Source of the DNA: Nemertoderma westbladi
Taxonomy: Eukaryota > Animalia > Xenacoelomorpha
Assembly (NCBI GenBank): GCA_032718475.1
Contig: JAUCBJ010007620.1
Span: 62,001 to 126,000, forward strand
Length of the DNA stretch: 64,000 nucleotides
Direction: 5' to 3'
Shown: piece after piece, positions 25,021 to 36,698 of the stretch
How the letters are laid out: each line of letters opens with the position of its first letter
Position numbering within the stretch: the stretch's first letter is position 1
Position numbers and translations under genes: made by a program
Notes under the pieces: model-generated
The model's input: only the letters and a program-made list of their open reading frames with translations
Told to the model about the DNA's origin: nothing
The model's database searches: none

Positions 25021-25527
25021 CTAGAAAGAAGTGCATTGTTAGTTGAATGTTTTGGCAGCAAAATCAGGGGATAAAATTATTCCTATTGCGTGCATTAATT
25101 CTTAGTCAAATATCTAGCAGCCTTAGGGTTGCAGTTGCAACCACCTTTTTTTTCTGTCTTAACCAATAGTAACTAATGGTTAAGAGCGGGACTTTTGAGG
25201 CAATCGTATGCCAAAACAGCTGATTCTCCCTAAAATAAAACTGTAACCGGTTCTATTGACTTTCGTTTATCGTTTTGGTTAGAATTACTTGCCAACTGTA
25301 ACCTACTACGTTCCATTAATTGATAATTTAACATTGACCCGAGGTATTAATTCTCCTATATTTATATGATAAAATATAATTACCAATATCCCGATACAGA
25401 TTGTATTTATCCTAGACCAACAAGATTATTTAATAATCAATTTACATCAATTGAAGATTAATATTACATTCCAGATATACAACCTAATTGTCCAGCTTTT
25501 CGGTTTTCTCTCCAAACTCACAAGAAG

Positions 25528-25615
25528 ATGTTATTCTTTCTTCTACTGATATCAACTCCAGTGGTATTTGAGCAAACATCTGGAGACAATGTGCCTGATA
25601 CAGCACCTTATGATG
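25528..25615 (+). CDS. Host gene coding exon 1: signal peptide
   Basis: MLFFLLLISTPVVFEQTSGDNVPDTAPYD, phase-1 donor GTAGGC, frame-compatible with the exon at 29834. Confidence 0.6.
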
Positions 25616-26039
25616 GTAGGCATCAATAGGGTTTTTTTTCTAATTATGTTAGTGAAATTTATAAATTATAATAGTTGAATAAAGTTAAAAACAAGTAATA
25701 CAGCTCAGTAGGCCTATTGCGTGCCTTAATTCATTCGCCATTGAGCAAATTATTTTAGTTTCCTAAACAAAATTGAGATTTTCTAAATTCTTTCTAACCG
25801 TTTAGAAACTTTCCACAGTGAACATTTTGAAAAAAACCCTGATGGTAAGAACTTGTTGGTAACAATTAATAATGAGCGAGCTCATATTTTACAAATCATT
25901 ATAAAAAATCTGACACTGAAATATTAAAGGGGGGCTAGTCGGATTCGTGAAAAAAATCAAATTTTTTTATAGTTTCATTAAGACCGAAATTTTATGAAGA
26001 TTTCAAATATTTAAGCGGATTACCAACACAACACCACCT

Positions 26040-26570
26040 TTAGTTTTCGAGATATTGGACTTTTTTCACGACGCATTATTGTGGCCAAGGTAAGACTCAA
26101 TCTGCGTGCTAGTTGAACAACGAAATCTGCCTTGCCACGGCATGACTGGTCCTCTCTGTTGCAACAGCTAAGTGTGAGATCCAGCTTCACACTACAGCTG
26201 AGCAACATGTATGAGGTTCTTGCTTCTGAGGCGGCAGATCACTGTGAGGGCTATACTGCCTTCACAGAAGCAGTTAAGTTAGCAGCTGCAGAAACAATTC
26301 CTGCATACCCTCGAAAGGAAAAGGGCCCCCTGGACTGACAACAAAATTCAGAAGTGCCGAAATGACCTCTTCTATAAGGCGCAGAAAAAGTCCCGACTCA
26401 AACAGACTACAGCAGTCAAGAATGCAGTTAAGGCTGCATGTGCTTAAGGCACAGGCAGTACTCTGTTAATCTATAGGAGCTAATAAACCAACAGGTTGAT
26501 GCCATCAATGATGCTGACGACAGCAGGCAATCATCCCAGGTATGGAAATCGATCAACTTGCTTGTCTACA
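26040..26570 (+). mobile_element. Degenerate RTE-like LINE fragment (endonuclease-RT linker)
   Basis: RIIVAKVRLNL..DWSSL..FTLQLSNMYEVL..FTEAVKLAAAETIP, with stops and frameshifts. Confidence 0.45.
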
Positions 26571-29500
26571 CTGAAGGATACCGAAATTATGGAGGTATAA
26601 AAGAAAACAAAAAACAATTTAGAAAGAAAGCTAAAGAATAAAATTTATGAACAAAAAAGACAGCAAAAATATCGTGCCAAACGGTGGGCTGTTTTAATTA
26701 AATTGATGAAAGAGAACCCGAAAGCTAAAGATGACTTGCGAATACGTGAATGTACTGGTAGACCACGCATAGAGACACAACCGTTACTGCTCCAAGCTAT
26801 TGTCGATATAGCTTTATACGGCTCAGCCTCCTATGAAAGTCGTCAATCCAACTTATATAGAAGTGTGAAGACTCTTGATGAATTAACTGCACAGCTTATG
26901 GATGGCTTTGAGATTAGTAGAAGTGGCGTATATCTTCATCTACAATCCAACTTATATAGAAGTGTGAAGACTCTTGATGAATTAACTGCACAGCTTATGG
27001 ATGGCTTTGAGATTAGTAGAAGTGGCGTATATCTTCATCTACAATCCAACTTATATAGAAGTGTGAAGACTCTTGATGAATTAACTGCACAGCTTATGGA
27101 TGGCTTTGAGATTAGTAGAAGTGGCGTATATCTTCATCTACAATCCAACTTATATAGAAGTGTGAAGACTCTTGATGAATTAACTGCACAGCTTATGGAT
27201 GGCTTTGAGATTAGTAGAAGTGGCGTATATCTTCATCTACAATCCAACTTATATAGAAGTGTGAAGACTCTTGATGAATTAACTGCACAGCTTATGGATG
27301 GCTTTGAGATTAGTAGAAGTGGCGTATATCTTCATCTACAATCCAACTTATATAGAAGTGTGAAGACTCTTGATGAATTAACTGCACAGCTTATGGATGG
27401 CTTTGAGATTAGTAGAAGTGGCGTATATCTTCATCTACAATCCAACTTATATAGAAGTGTGAAGACTCTTGATGAATTAACTGCACAGCTTATGGATGGC
27501 TTTGAGATTAGTAGAAGTGGCGTATATCTTCATCTACAATCCAACTTATATAGAAGTGTGAAGACTCTTGATGAATTAACTGCACAGCTTATGGATGGCT
27601 TTGAGATTAGTAGAAGTGGCGTATATCTTCATCTACAATCCAACTTATATAGAAGTGTGAAGACTCTTGATGAATTAACTGCACAGCTTATGGATGGCTT
27701 TGAGATTAGTAGAAGTGGCGTATATCTTCATCTACAATCCAACTTATATAGAAGTGTGAAGACTCTTGATGAATTAACTGCACAGCTTATGGATGGCTTT
27801 GAGATTAGTAGAAGTGGCGTATATCTTCATCTACAATCCAACTTATATAGAAGTGTGAAGACTCTTGATGAATTAACTGCACAGCTTATGGATGGCTTTG
27901 AGATTAGTAGAAGTGGCGTATATCTTCATCTACAATCCAACTTATATAGAAGTGTGAAGACTCTTGATGAATTAACTGCACAGCTTATGGATGGCTTTGA
28001 GATTAGTAGAAGTGGCGTATATCTTCATCTACTTCCACGAATGAGTTCTAGTAATGAAGGAAAACGTCACATAAAAACAGTTCCAGTGAAATTAATCCGT
28101 GCCCATAATGATAAACATATTGACAGAAGCTTTTGCACTGCTACCATTAAACAATTGGAGGAAGTAGCTTCATTATTAGGTCCGAAGGATGTCTGTTTCA
28201 TCAGTCACGACGACAAGGCTCGGGACCCTATTGGATTAACAGCAGCCAATAAGCAGGCTCCACTGCTAATGCATGTTGAATATAAGGTTTCTCTTCCTGA
28301 TCACGATTGGGTTGTGGCTGATAAACACAAACTGATACCTTCAGTTTATTCTGGAATCGTAATCCAGCCGGATGGTTTTGGTAGACCGGAATGTATTGGT
28401 TATTCAGGTCCCACATTATTGCAATTAGATCTGGAAAGCACTGTTCCTCCACTGCATATAGCCATTGTCGTTACTTTGAAAGACTTCTTACTATACCTGA
28501 ATTTGATACAGTTACTAAAGATAACGAGGTGAATATTGCAAAGCCCGTATTTATATTAACCATCGATGGGGGGCCGGACGAAAATCCGCGCTTTCAAAAA
28601 GTCATTGAGGTTTCAATCCACCATTTTATAACTCAAAAATTGGATGCACATTTTGTGGCAACGAATGCCCCGGGACCGTGTTGAGCGACACATGGCTCCA
28701 CTTAGCAGGCAACTTGCGGGCCTGATTCTACCACATGATACTTTTGGCAGCCATCTAGACCATCGAGGTCGTACCACTGGCGCGGATTTGGAGAAACGCA
28801 ACTTTGGCTATACAGGCGAAGCTTTAGCCGAAGTTTGTTCCGCAACAGAAATAGATCATTATCCAGTGGTTGTGGAATATATTGAGCCATCTAGGTCGGA
28901 CAACTGTAATCTGGTTCATTCTACACCCCAGTGGCAGAGAGATCATGTCAGAGGACAAGTCAGTATTTCACTCAGATTGTGAAATGTGAGGATAGAAAAC
29001 GTTGTGCCAAACCACGCAGTTCATATCGCACAGTTCAGTTGTGCCATCCAGATTCATACCGCCACCAATCCCGATTCTACAAGGCAGTTCCGGACTTCAT
29101 GTACCCAACAGGTATCAATGTGAACTGCATAATTTTCCGTCAATATTTATAAATCAATCCGTTGTAGTTCCTAGCTTTGAAAAGCTGCTTCCTAACAATA
29201 TTTTGGATATAAACTCTATTCCCTATGATTCGTACTGTCCATCACTATTCTCTGTACTTTTCGAACGTATATGTAAAGAGAAGGACTGCAACATTTATTT
29301 CGCGTCTAAAACATTATTAAAAATTCATACTAACGTCGTACATGGCGCAGATGATGACTATTTAGCACCGCCCGCCATTAAGGAGGACATACAAACGATT
29401 GACTCTGTATTACCGGTGATTAATATAAATGAACATTTGTCTTGTCCATGGGACAATGTCGATTATTTTTGGTATAACAAACATTGTGTAAAGGCCAGGC

Positions 29501-29599
29501 CAATTATTGAAATAAAATATTTTTCGTCTAAGGGGGGGGGGGGGGGGGGGGGCGTCCAAAAACTGAAAAATTTGCGTGACATACTTTATGAACTCCCCC
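26570..29599 (+). mobile_element. Zator-like DDE transposon, 5'-truncated, with frameshifted transposase
   Basis: ISHDDKARDPIGLTAANKQAPLLMH..LPDHDW..KLIPSVY, AIRSGKHCSST, IDGGPDENPRF, ATNAPG..RVERHMAPLS across three frames. Right terminus ...GCGTGACATACTTTATGAACTCCCCC. Confidence 0.7.
26844..28031 (+). repeat. 12 identical 99-bp tandem units, in frame within the transposase
   Basis: The unit encodes QSNLYRSVKTLDELTAQLMDGFEISRSGVYLHL; 1188 bp = 12 x 99. Confidence 0.95.
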
Positions 29600-29833
29600 T
29601 TGAAGAGACTGTAGTACTACTTACAAAACGCGAAAGGACGATATTTTCCACTCAAAGTCACAGCGCTAAGCGCTATAGAGATAAGGATATCTTGAGACCT
29701 GTAGTGTAAAACTAACTTAATATCATCATCATCATAATTCCTATTACATATTTAAAGTTATACTGCTATACTAATTATATATATTATAATTATATATACT
29801 AGTTATACTAATAAATTATTTATTTTCGTTTAG

Positions 29834-29999
29834 TTGTTCTTGTCTCTGAAGATGCTACATGTACAGCATCATCAGAAATCAGTAGTGAAAACGCTTGTAC
29901 GAACGCACTTGTGGACAATGGACTGGACTGGGCGACGGAAGGAGAAGGGGTTGGTGCTTGGTTTGAAATAAACTTAGATGGTCCCAAAACTATAACAAG
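29834..29999 (+). CDS. Host gene exon 2: discoidin/F5-8C-like domain, N-terminal part
   Basis: TTTAG acceptor; VLVSEDATCTASSEISSENACTNALVDNGLDWATEGEGVGAWFEINLDGPKTIT; donor GTTGAG; phases 1 and 2. Confidence 0.75.
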
Positions 30000-30219
30000 G
30001 TTGAGTAGCTTGGATGAATAATAATATATTAATTAATTAACACATTTTATTTTCATTAGTGCTACATTGTTGAACAAAAGGCTTTCAAAAGATTGCTGAA
30101 TACTAAAACTAAAAAAATACTATTTTTGTTTTCATTATTCAAGAATCAAATGCGTACTTCAACCTTTTCAAAAATATTGTATTTTATTCAATACACTATA
30201 TAATTTATTATGATAAATG

Positions 30220-30362
30220 GAACAAAAGCAAAACAAAAGCAAACAGTCGGCCGAAGCCGGAGGCGACCCGAAGGCTCCTCTTTCGATAGCTGCTACCCGA
30301 GGGTAGGGGTGGGCGCTACTCCTATCCCAAGATTTGCTCCCAGTTATTTAACTGGTACTCCA
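30220..30362 (-). mobile_element. 3' fragment of a SINE/LINE with (CAAAA)n-type tail
   Basis: GC-rich island GACCCGAAGGCTCC..GATAGCTGCTAC..GGGCGCTACTCC resembling invertebrate SINE 3' ends, recalled from memory only. Confidence 0.4.
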
Positions 30363-30438
30363 TAAATGGAACAGATTATACTAAATCACTAAATTCAATG
30401 TTATTCATTGTTTCCCAAATGTTTATAACTTATTGCAG

Positions 30439-30573
30439 TTTGAAATATCAGCAACGTATAACAGGACATTGTGAAGGAGGTCACTGTGAAACCAATAAGC
30501 ACATCGAAATAGAATTTTACAACAGTTTGTACAATAGCACCGAAAAACAATTTATTCAATTGGAGGATAACAG
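30439..30573 (+). CDS. Host gene exon 3
   Basis: TTGCAG acceptor; LKYQQRITGHCEGGHCETNKHIEIEFYNSLYNSTEKQFIQLEDN; donor GTGAGT; phase 2-2. Confidence 0.75.
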
Positions 30574-32504
30574 GTGAGTGAATTAATTATTCCAATATAT
30601 TTTTGACAATAATGTAAATATTAATGTAATGATACAATAAAGTAATAGTATAATTACATTGGGAATCGAAGTCTTAGTACACTCAATTGAGCGTAATATC
30701 AATGAAAAACATTTTATTAGAAGAAATGTTTCGATATATTAACTTTACATCATCATCAGTGAAGTTATACAACTAGCAAAAAATTGAGTTAAATTTAAAA
30801 CTGCAAACTTGATTAATTTTTAACAAAAAAATGCTGTTAGCACTTTTTGGCGGGTATCTTTTGTTTTAATAACTCAAATTATTCAACTTGTATAACTAAC
30901 TAAACGACCGTGTATACTAAGACTGTAACGATAAACGCTACTGCTACTTCAGAGAGGGAAATTCAAATAAGCCTAAGAAAATAAAATAATAATCACTTTG
31001 ATGTAAATGATTTTGTGTTTATGGGTTTAAGGGGACCCATTACTCCAAATCTATTTTTTTTTTGGTTTATAAAGCTACTATTCTGAAACTTTAATATATG
31101 ATTTTTGATCTTTTACTATGATAACTGAGTGAGTATGGATAGCTTCGTAAACCCGTTTATTCGAAAAATATGGCACGTTTTGTTTTGATGCACACGCTAA
31201 CTGCATATCGAAATCTTATATTTTTATCAGAGAACTATTCAACTTCTGAGCACATAATATTTTGTGTCAAATCAGTGCTGTATGTCACTGTTGAGATTAT
31301 TTATCCGTTGCCTAGCATCGGTTGCCGTAATTCTAAAGCTCCTATTGGTTGCCATACTTTACGATGTTCATGCGCCCTATTGGCTGTTTCTATTCTTATA
31401 GTGCGTAGAATAGTCGATGTTTCTCTTGCTATTTTTAGGCATAACCTTATACCATCTTAAGCCTGTTACGAGTTTATGTAACTAGCAGGGACCTATAAAT
31501 TTTCACCTTGCTGTGCACATTAAATCTTACCATTACATTATATTCGTATTATAGTTATTATTATTGCTTTACATTGTTAATGAATATACAAGACCAGAGA
31601 TCACACCAACTTGCTCTCCACCCGGTTAGTGCTGACTGTACCCTGTCTGTAATAGATTCGGTTCATTTAGTGCGAGTGTGTGCGTCCATAGTACTGCAAT
31701 ATTATTCCCCAACTTGTAACTATAATCTATCGATACTATGCTGCGTACAGTACGAGTGAGCTGTGCGCTTACCATGCACTAGGTACAGCATAGCGTCCTA
31801 CCTGTAATATAAATAAGTCACACGTACATCTACCCGCCGACAACGCAACATAACGGAACGGTTTACACGTAAATATCACCTTATTCCCTTGAAGCAGTTT
31901 ATAGTGCCGAGGCTATACACTTACAGTAATTGATTGTACCTTCAGACCAGATATATATATTAGATAATATATATAATTTTGAGTTGAACGAATTATGTTT
32001 TTGATAGACCAATATCAAGCAAGTAAAATTTTTTGGAAACAGAGAAACAACATGTTCCTATCTGTTCAACCGTAAGTAGTCATCATTTTATTTAAGCAGG
32101 GACACAAAGCGCAACCCTGTTTAAATACTGTAAGTAAAATTATCACATTGGTTACATTTTTGCATATGTGTTTCGCCGGGATTTGGCTCATCAGCTACAC
32201 TATCCCGTGCAGGACACATGTTAATCAAACTAACTACAGTACACCAAAAACCAGCCAAACACACACACATACATATAAACAAAATAGCATTGCATTCCAG
32301 ATAAAATAAGCATTCATTTCCTTAGCAACACTATATGAGATAATTTGTCTAGTGCATGGTTGCTAATTATAATAAAAATAAAGTAATAGGAAGGAAGGCA
32401 TTTTAAACAACCATGTTTAGCATGATCCGGTCTCTTAAATATAATTTTGAGTTGAACGAATTATGTTTTTGGAAACAGAGCAACAACACGTTCAACAATA
32501 TTTT

Positions 32505-34502
32505 TGTAATACAGCAATAATAACCAGATAACAGAATATCAACAGTACAACACGGCAATAGCAGAATATCAACACGGCAATAAGAGAATATCCAACTCGG
32601 CAATAACAGAATATCAATTCGGCAATAAGAGAATATCAACTGGGCTCAAAACACCTAGGCCTAATAATACCGTATTACAGAACTAACTAACTGACTAACC
32701 CAACTCGCCTATGGGTAGGCCTCCAGGCAGTACTGCTGTCAGGCTCTCCTGTACTGTCTTTTTCCCCCCTTACTGCCCTCTCTCTCCCAAGTCCCCTTAG
32801 GTCCTAACAGGGCCCAATCCACTCTCTATACTACTCTACTGTTTCGGTTCTAAATCACAACACATCTCCCCCAGTTTTCCAAAACTATCAACAAATCCCA
32901 TTTGAACTAATAGAACATAAGATAACTGAAACAAACTACTGTAACTTATGGGGGGTGATGTGTTGATTTAACTCTTCAGTAATATGGGTCTGACATGGTT
33001 CTTTTTGGGCTCAAATTTACCCATAATAAGTATGGTACCCACTACTTCGCCATGCATTTTGGGATTGTAGGGCTCCATCCATCCATTGGCTATCCATTCA
33101 TCCAAACCATCCTCTAACATACTAACATGTTCTGATTTCATCCAATACTGCGTTGCTTGATTGCATAACATAGGAGGGTCAAGTAGCCATTTCCATTCTA
33201 CAGTCCATGTAGTTCCATCAAAATTGCACTAAAGTCACTGTCCTCAATCTTAAGCTCGTTGCTTGTGACATCACCTGTGGTTTGGGTAAGTCTTCCATCT
33301 GTTAACCCAAGTGCTCCAAAAATTGCTGGTGACAAAACTGTTGCCCCAATTTGTATATCCAAGAATCAAAACCTCTGACCCTAGCAGTTTTAAAGTCCAA
33401 GGAAGGTTTAGTCGGGTACCTGAAACTTCATTTAACACTAAGGTAACCTCACCCCAGGCACTTACATTTGTTTCCTCTGGCGATATGCCCGACTTCGCCA
33501 CATTTGAAACACCCGACATTATAAGCAGCATCCGTGTGAGTCTGCATGCCCCCAGTACCGGTACACTCGCGTGCCAAGTGACCACCTTTACCACACCAGT
33601 AACAGTTGCCAGCTTGTCCTCGGTTGTCTCCTCAATAATCTCGATAATCTCCTCGGTTATTGAAATCTCCTCTACCGCCGCCTCCACGTCTCATCCCCTG
33701 GCCTCGGCTCCGGATATCTGAATGGCTAAAACTTCCTGCAGCCCCATATCACTCTGTCATCAAACTGTCAAACTCGTACCGGTACTTCGCACAGATAACA
33801 TGCGTCGCGCTTGACGAAGAAGTTTGATAATATTGGCTAAACCTGCCATAGCCATTACTTCCGACCTGATAGCTTCCGGAAGACCATTGGCGAATTGAAC
33901 AGCTAAGATATCAATTGCACACTGGCTGTTGGTGTCCTCAGTGACTAGGGATAGTAACTTACGAAGGTCGGCCAGAAATGTATCGGCAGTCTCGGTTCCA
34001 AGTAAAACACAGGATTTGAACTTATCATGCAGTATACGAGGTGTCAGCGAACGATTCAATAAGCCGTTTCTTAATCGCTTTAAAGTCACCTTTTTCCATG
34101 TTGCTCAACTGGCTCACGACATCGTGTGCTGCTCCTTTCAGTGACAAGCGCATGTAGGTCGCCCGACTTTCTTCGGCTAGCTTTGACTCGATCTTTAAAA
34201 TCTCGAATGTATCGTTGAAAACATCGATCCACACGCATGGGTCATCTGTCCCATCATCCTTTAACAGAATATCAACTGGGCTCAAAACACCTAGGCCTAA
34301 TACTACCGTAGTATTACAGAACTAACTAACTGACTAAACCAACTCGGCTACCGGTAGGCCTCCAGGCAGTACTGCTGTCAGGCTCTCCTGTACTGTCTTT
34401 TCCCCCCTTGCTGCCCTCTCTCTCCCAAGTCCCCTTAGGTCCTAACAAGGCCCAATCCACTCTCTATACTACTCTACTGTTTCGGTTCTAAATCACAACA
34501 CA
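32505..34502 (-). mobile_element. Heavily deleted Ty3/Gypsy LTR element
   Basis: Direct repeats ~32630-32864 and ~34266-34502, PPT GGGGGAGA|TG, gag fragments with CYWCGKGGHLAREC and CFKCGEVGH knuckles, RT N-terminal fragment EWIANGWMEPY..VRPI. Confidence 0.75.
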
Positions 34503-35081
34503 TCCTCTTAATTATATTCTTTATTGGTTTGGTATTAATTCACTAACAATGAATACATCATTCAAAATCAAAGAAAAAATCATTCAATGGTGAAAACCGA
34601 TGTCATCACATGAAAGCCCTTCTGTCAAACTACAGAAACAGATAAAATAATTTTTTTGAAAATTTTGTAAATTTTCGAAAATGTTACTTCCGGTGGAGGT
34701 CTCCTTAACAGTAAGTATTTGCACGACGGGCTGCTCTAGTTGTACGTAGGTGTAGGTGAAGATTAAGTGATGCCCATATTCCGGCGTATATAATAAACCC
34801 AGCAATTTGGGTGGAGTGTTTATAATTATAGACTGTCACAGATTGTTACCTTTTCTTGTTTGTAAATTTGGACGTCCGAAGTAAGGGGATGGGCTTTAAG
34901 TGCACCTATGCAAATAAGTATTCCATCCGTCGTGTGTTTCATTATTGGTGGTGCATTCCGCAGAAAGGACGCATCCGGAACAGCCACATAGCAGCAACTT
35001 CTTTCGGCTGTTATTTTATAATGAAGTTATAATTTGAGAATCAAATTGAATTAACACTAGTTTTATTTTTTTCAACTACAG

Positions 35082-35209
35082 GGCCATGACATCCTTCAAG
35101 ATTGACCCTGTCGCTAGAGTAACGAGAGTTACGGTGGTAGTCAATTCAGTCTATGCAACTGGAAATAATGGGGCGCAATTCATAGGATTATATGGTTACA
35201 ACAATGATG
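35082..35209 (+). CDS. Host gene exon 4: end of the discoidin-like domain
   Basis: Polypyrimidine tract plus TACAG; AMTSFKIDPVARVTRVTVVVNSVYATGNNGAQFIGLYGYNND; donor GTAAGT; phase 2-1. Confidence 0.8.
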
Positions 35210-35856
35210 GTAAGTGTTGAATTTTATTCAGATTCCATCTTCACCTAGAACTTCAATAAAATCTTCTTATGAACATTGAACTTGGAATGTATTGAAGTTG
35301 AACAATGAATCTCTGAGTGGAAAGATAAACAATACATAATCACAAATAGACAGGTCCGTTTAAAGCCATCTTGAAGGCCATCTAGTATCAAATGACGCAT
35401 CTCAACCACAGGATGTGAAAAAAGAGTTTTGGAAAAAATTATTAAAATGTATTTTTTTTAAACCGACTTCTTATTTTTTTATTACAATACTAAACAGGAT
35501 AAATAGTAAAGCAAAACGACTTTTTATTTCTTTATTAAATAAACCAAATCATAAAGCCTTTAGGAACATTGATAATTGGAATGGTCTGAATTATGTGACA
35601 AACACTGAGTGAAACAGTACAGTACCAGCCACTTTAGCTTTAAGAAGATAGCCATTTTAATCTGAGCACTGTAATCCACGTTAGCATAGCAATGGGCAAT
35701 AATATTTATTTATCAAACTGTTAGTCTATGGACGGTCTTCTTATAGCCAGCTTGCTGGCTTTATCGTTTCAATTTCAATGCCGGCAATATAATAAATATT
35801 TTAATTATGTTCCAACTAATATTTATCTTTAACAATAAAATATTGTAATGATACAG

Positions 35857-35991
35857 ATGATGATTGCAAAGAACATGAAGACTTGAACTTCGATTGTCCA
35901 GGTTGGGCCGCTGCTGGCCTTTGTACAGAAATATCATGTATAAGTGAAATCCATTGTCAGACAACATGCGACTATTGTAAAGATGGAAAAA
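35857..35991 (+). CDS. Host gene exon 5: ShKT (ShK toxin-like) domain
   Basis: DDDCKEHEDLNFDCPGWAAAGLCTEISCISEIHCQTTCDYCKDGK fits the C..C-x2-WA-x2-G-x-C..C-x2-TC-x2-C ShKT pattern; phase 1-1; donor GTAAGT. Confidence 0.8.
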
Positions 35992-36673
35992 GTAAGTGAA
36001 ATCCATTGTCAGACAACATGCGACTATTGTAAAGATGGAAAAAGTAAGTGAAATCCATTGTCAGACAATATGCGACTATTGTAAAGATGGAAAAAGTAAG
36101 TGAAATCCATTGTCAGACAACATGCGACTATTGTAAAGATGGAAAAAATAAGTGAAATCCATTGTCAGACAACATGCGACTATTGTAAAGATGGAAAAAG
36201 TAAGTGAAATCCATTGTCAGACAACATGCGACTAATTGTAAAGATGGAAAAAGTAAGTGAAATCCATTTCAGACAACATGCGACTATTGTAAAGATGGAA
36301 AAGGTAAGTGAAATCCATTGTCAGACAACATGCGACTATTTTAAATATGGAAAAAGTAAGTGAAATCCATTGTCAGACAACATGCGACTATTTTAAATAT
36401 GGAAAAAGTAAGTGAAATCCATTGTCAGACAACATGCGACTATTGTAAAGATGGAAAAAGTAAGTGAAATCTATTTCAGACAACATGCGACTATTGTAAA
36501 GATGGAAAAAGTAAGTGAAATCCATTGTCAGACAACATGCGACTATTGTAAAGATGGAAAAAGTAAGTGAAATCCATTGTCAGACAACATGCGACTATTG
36601 TAAAGATGGAAAAAGTAAGTGAAATCCATTGTCAGACAATATGCGACTATTGTAAAGATGGAAAAAGTAAGTG
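35941..36673 (+). repeat. 52-bp satellite, block 1 (~14 units, homogeneous)
   Basis: Unit GTAAGTGAAATCCATTGTCAGACAACATGCGACTATTGTAAAGATGGAAAAA. Confidence 0.95.
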
Positions 36674-36698
36674 GATTAGTAAGTAAAGTAAGTAAAAG

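Noticed and set aside
31027-31893. Crypton-like non-autonomous element starting TTAAGGGG (similar start at ~25924)
   Set aside because: Only a terminal motif resemblance; no matching end or TSD could be verified.
35992-36012. 21-nt GT..AG micro-introns within each satellite unit
   Set aside because: Too short for a typical animal spliceosome, and the 31-nt exon would shift frame. The gene's other introns are hundreds to thousands of bp.
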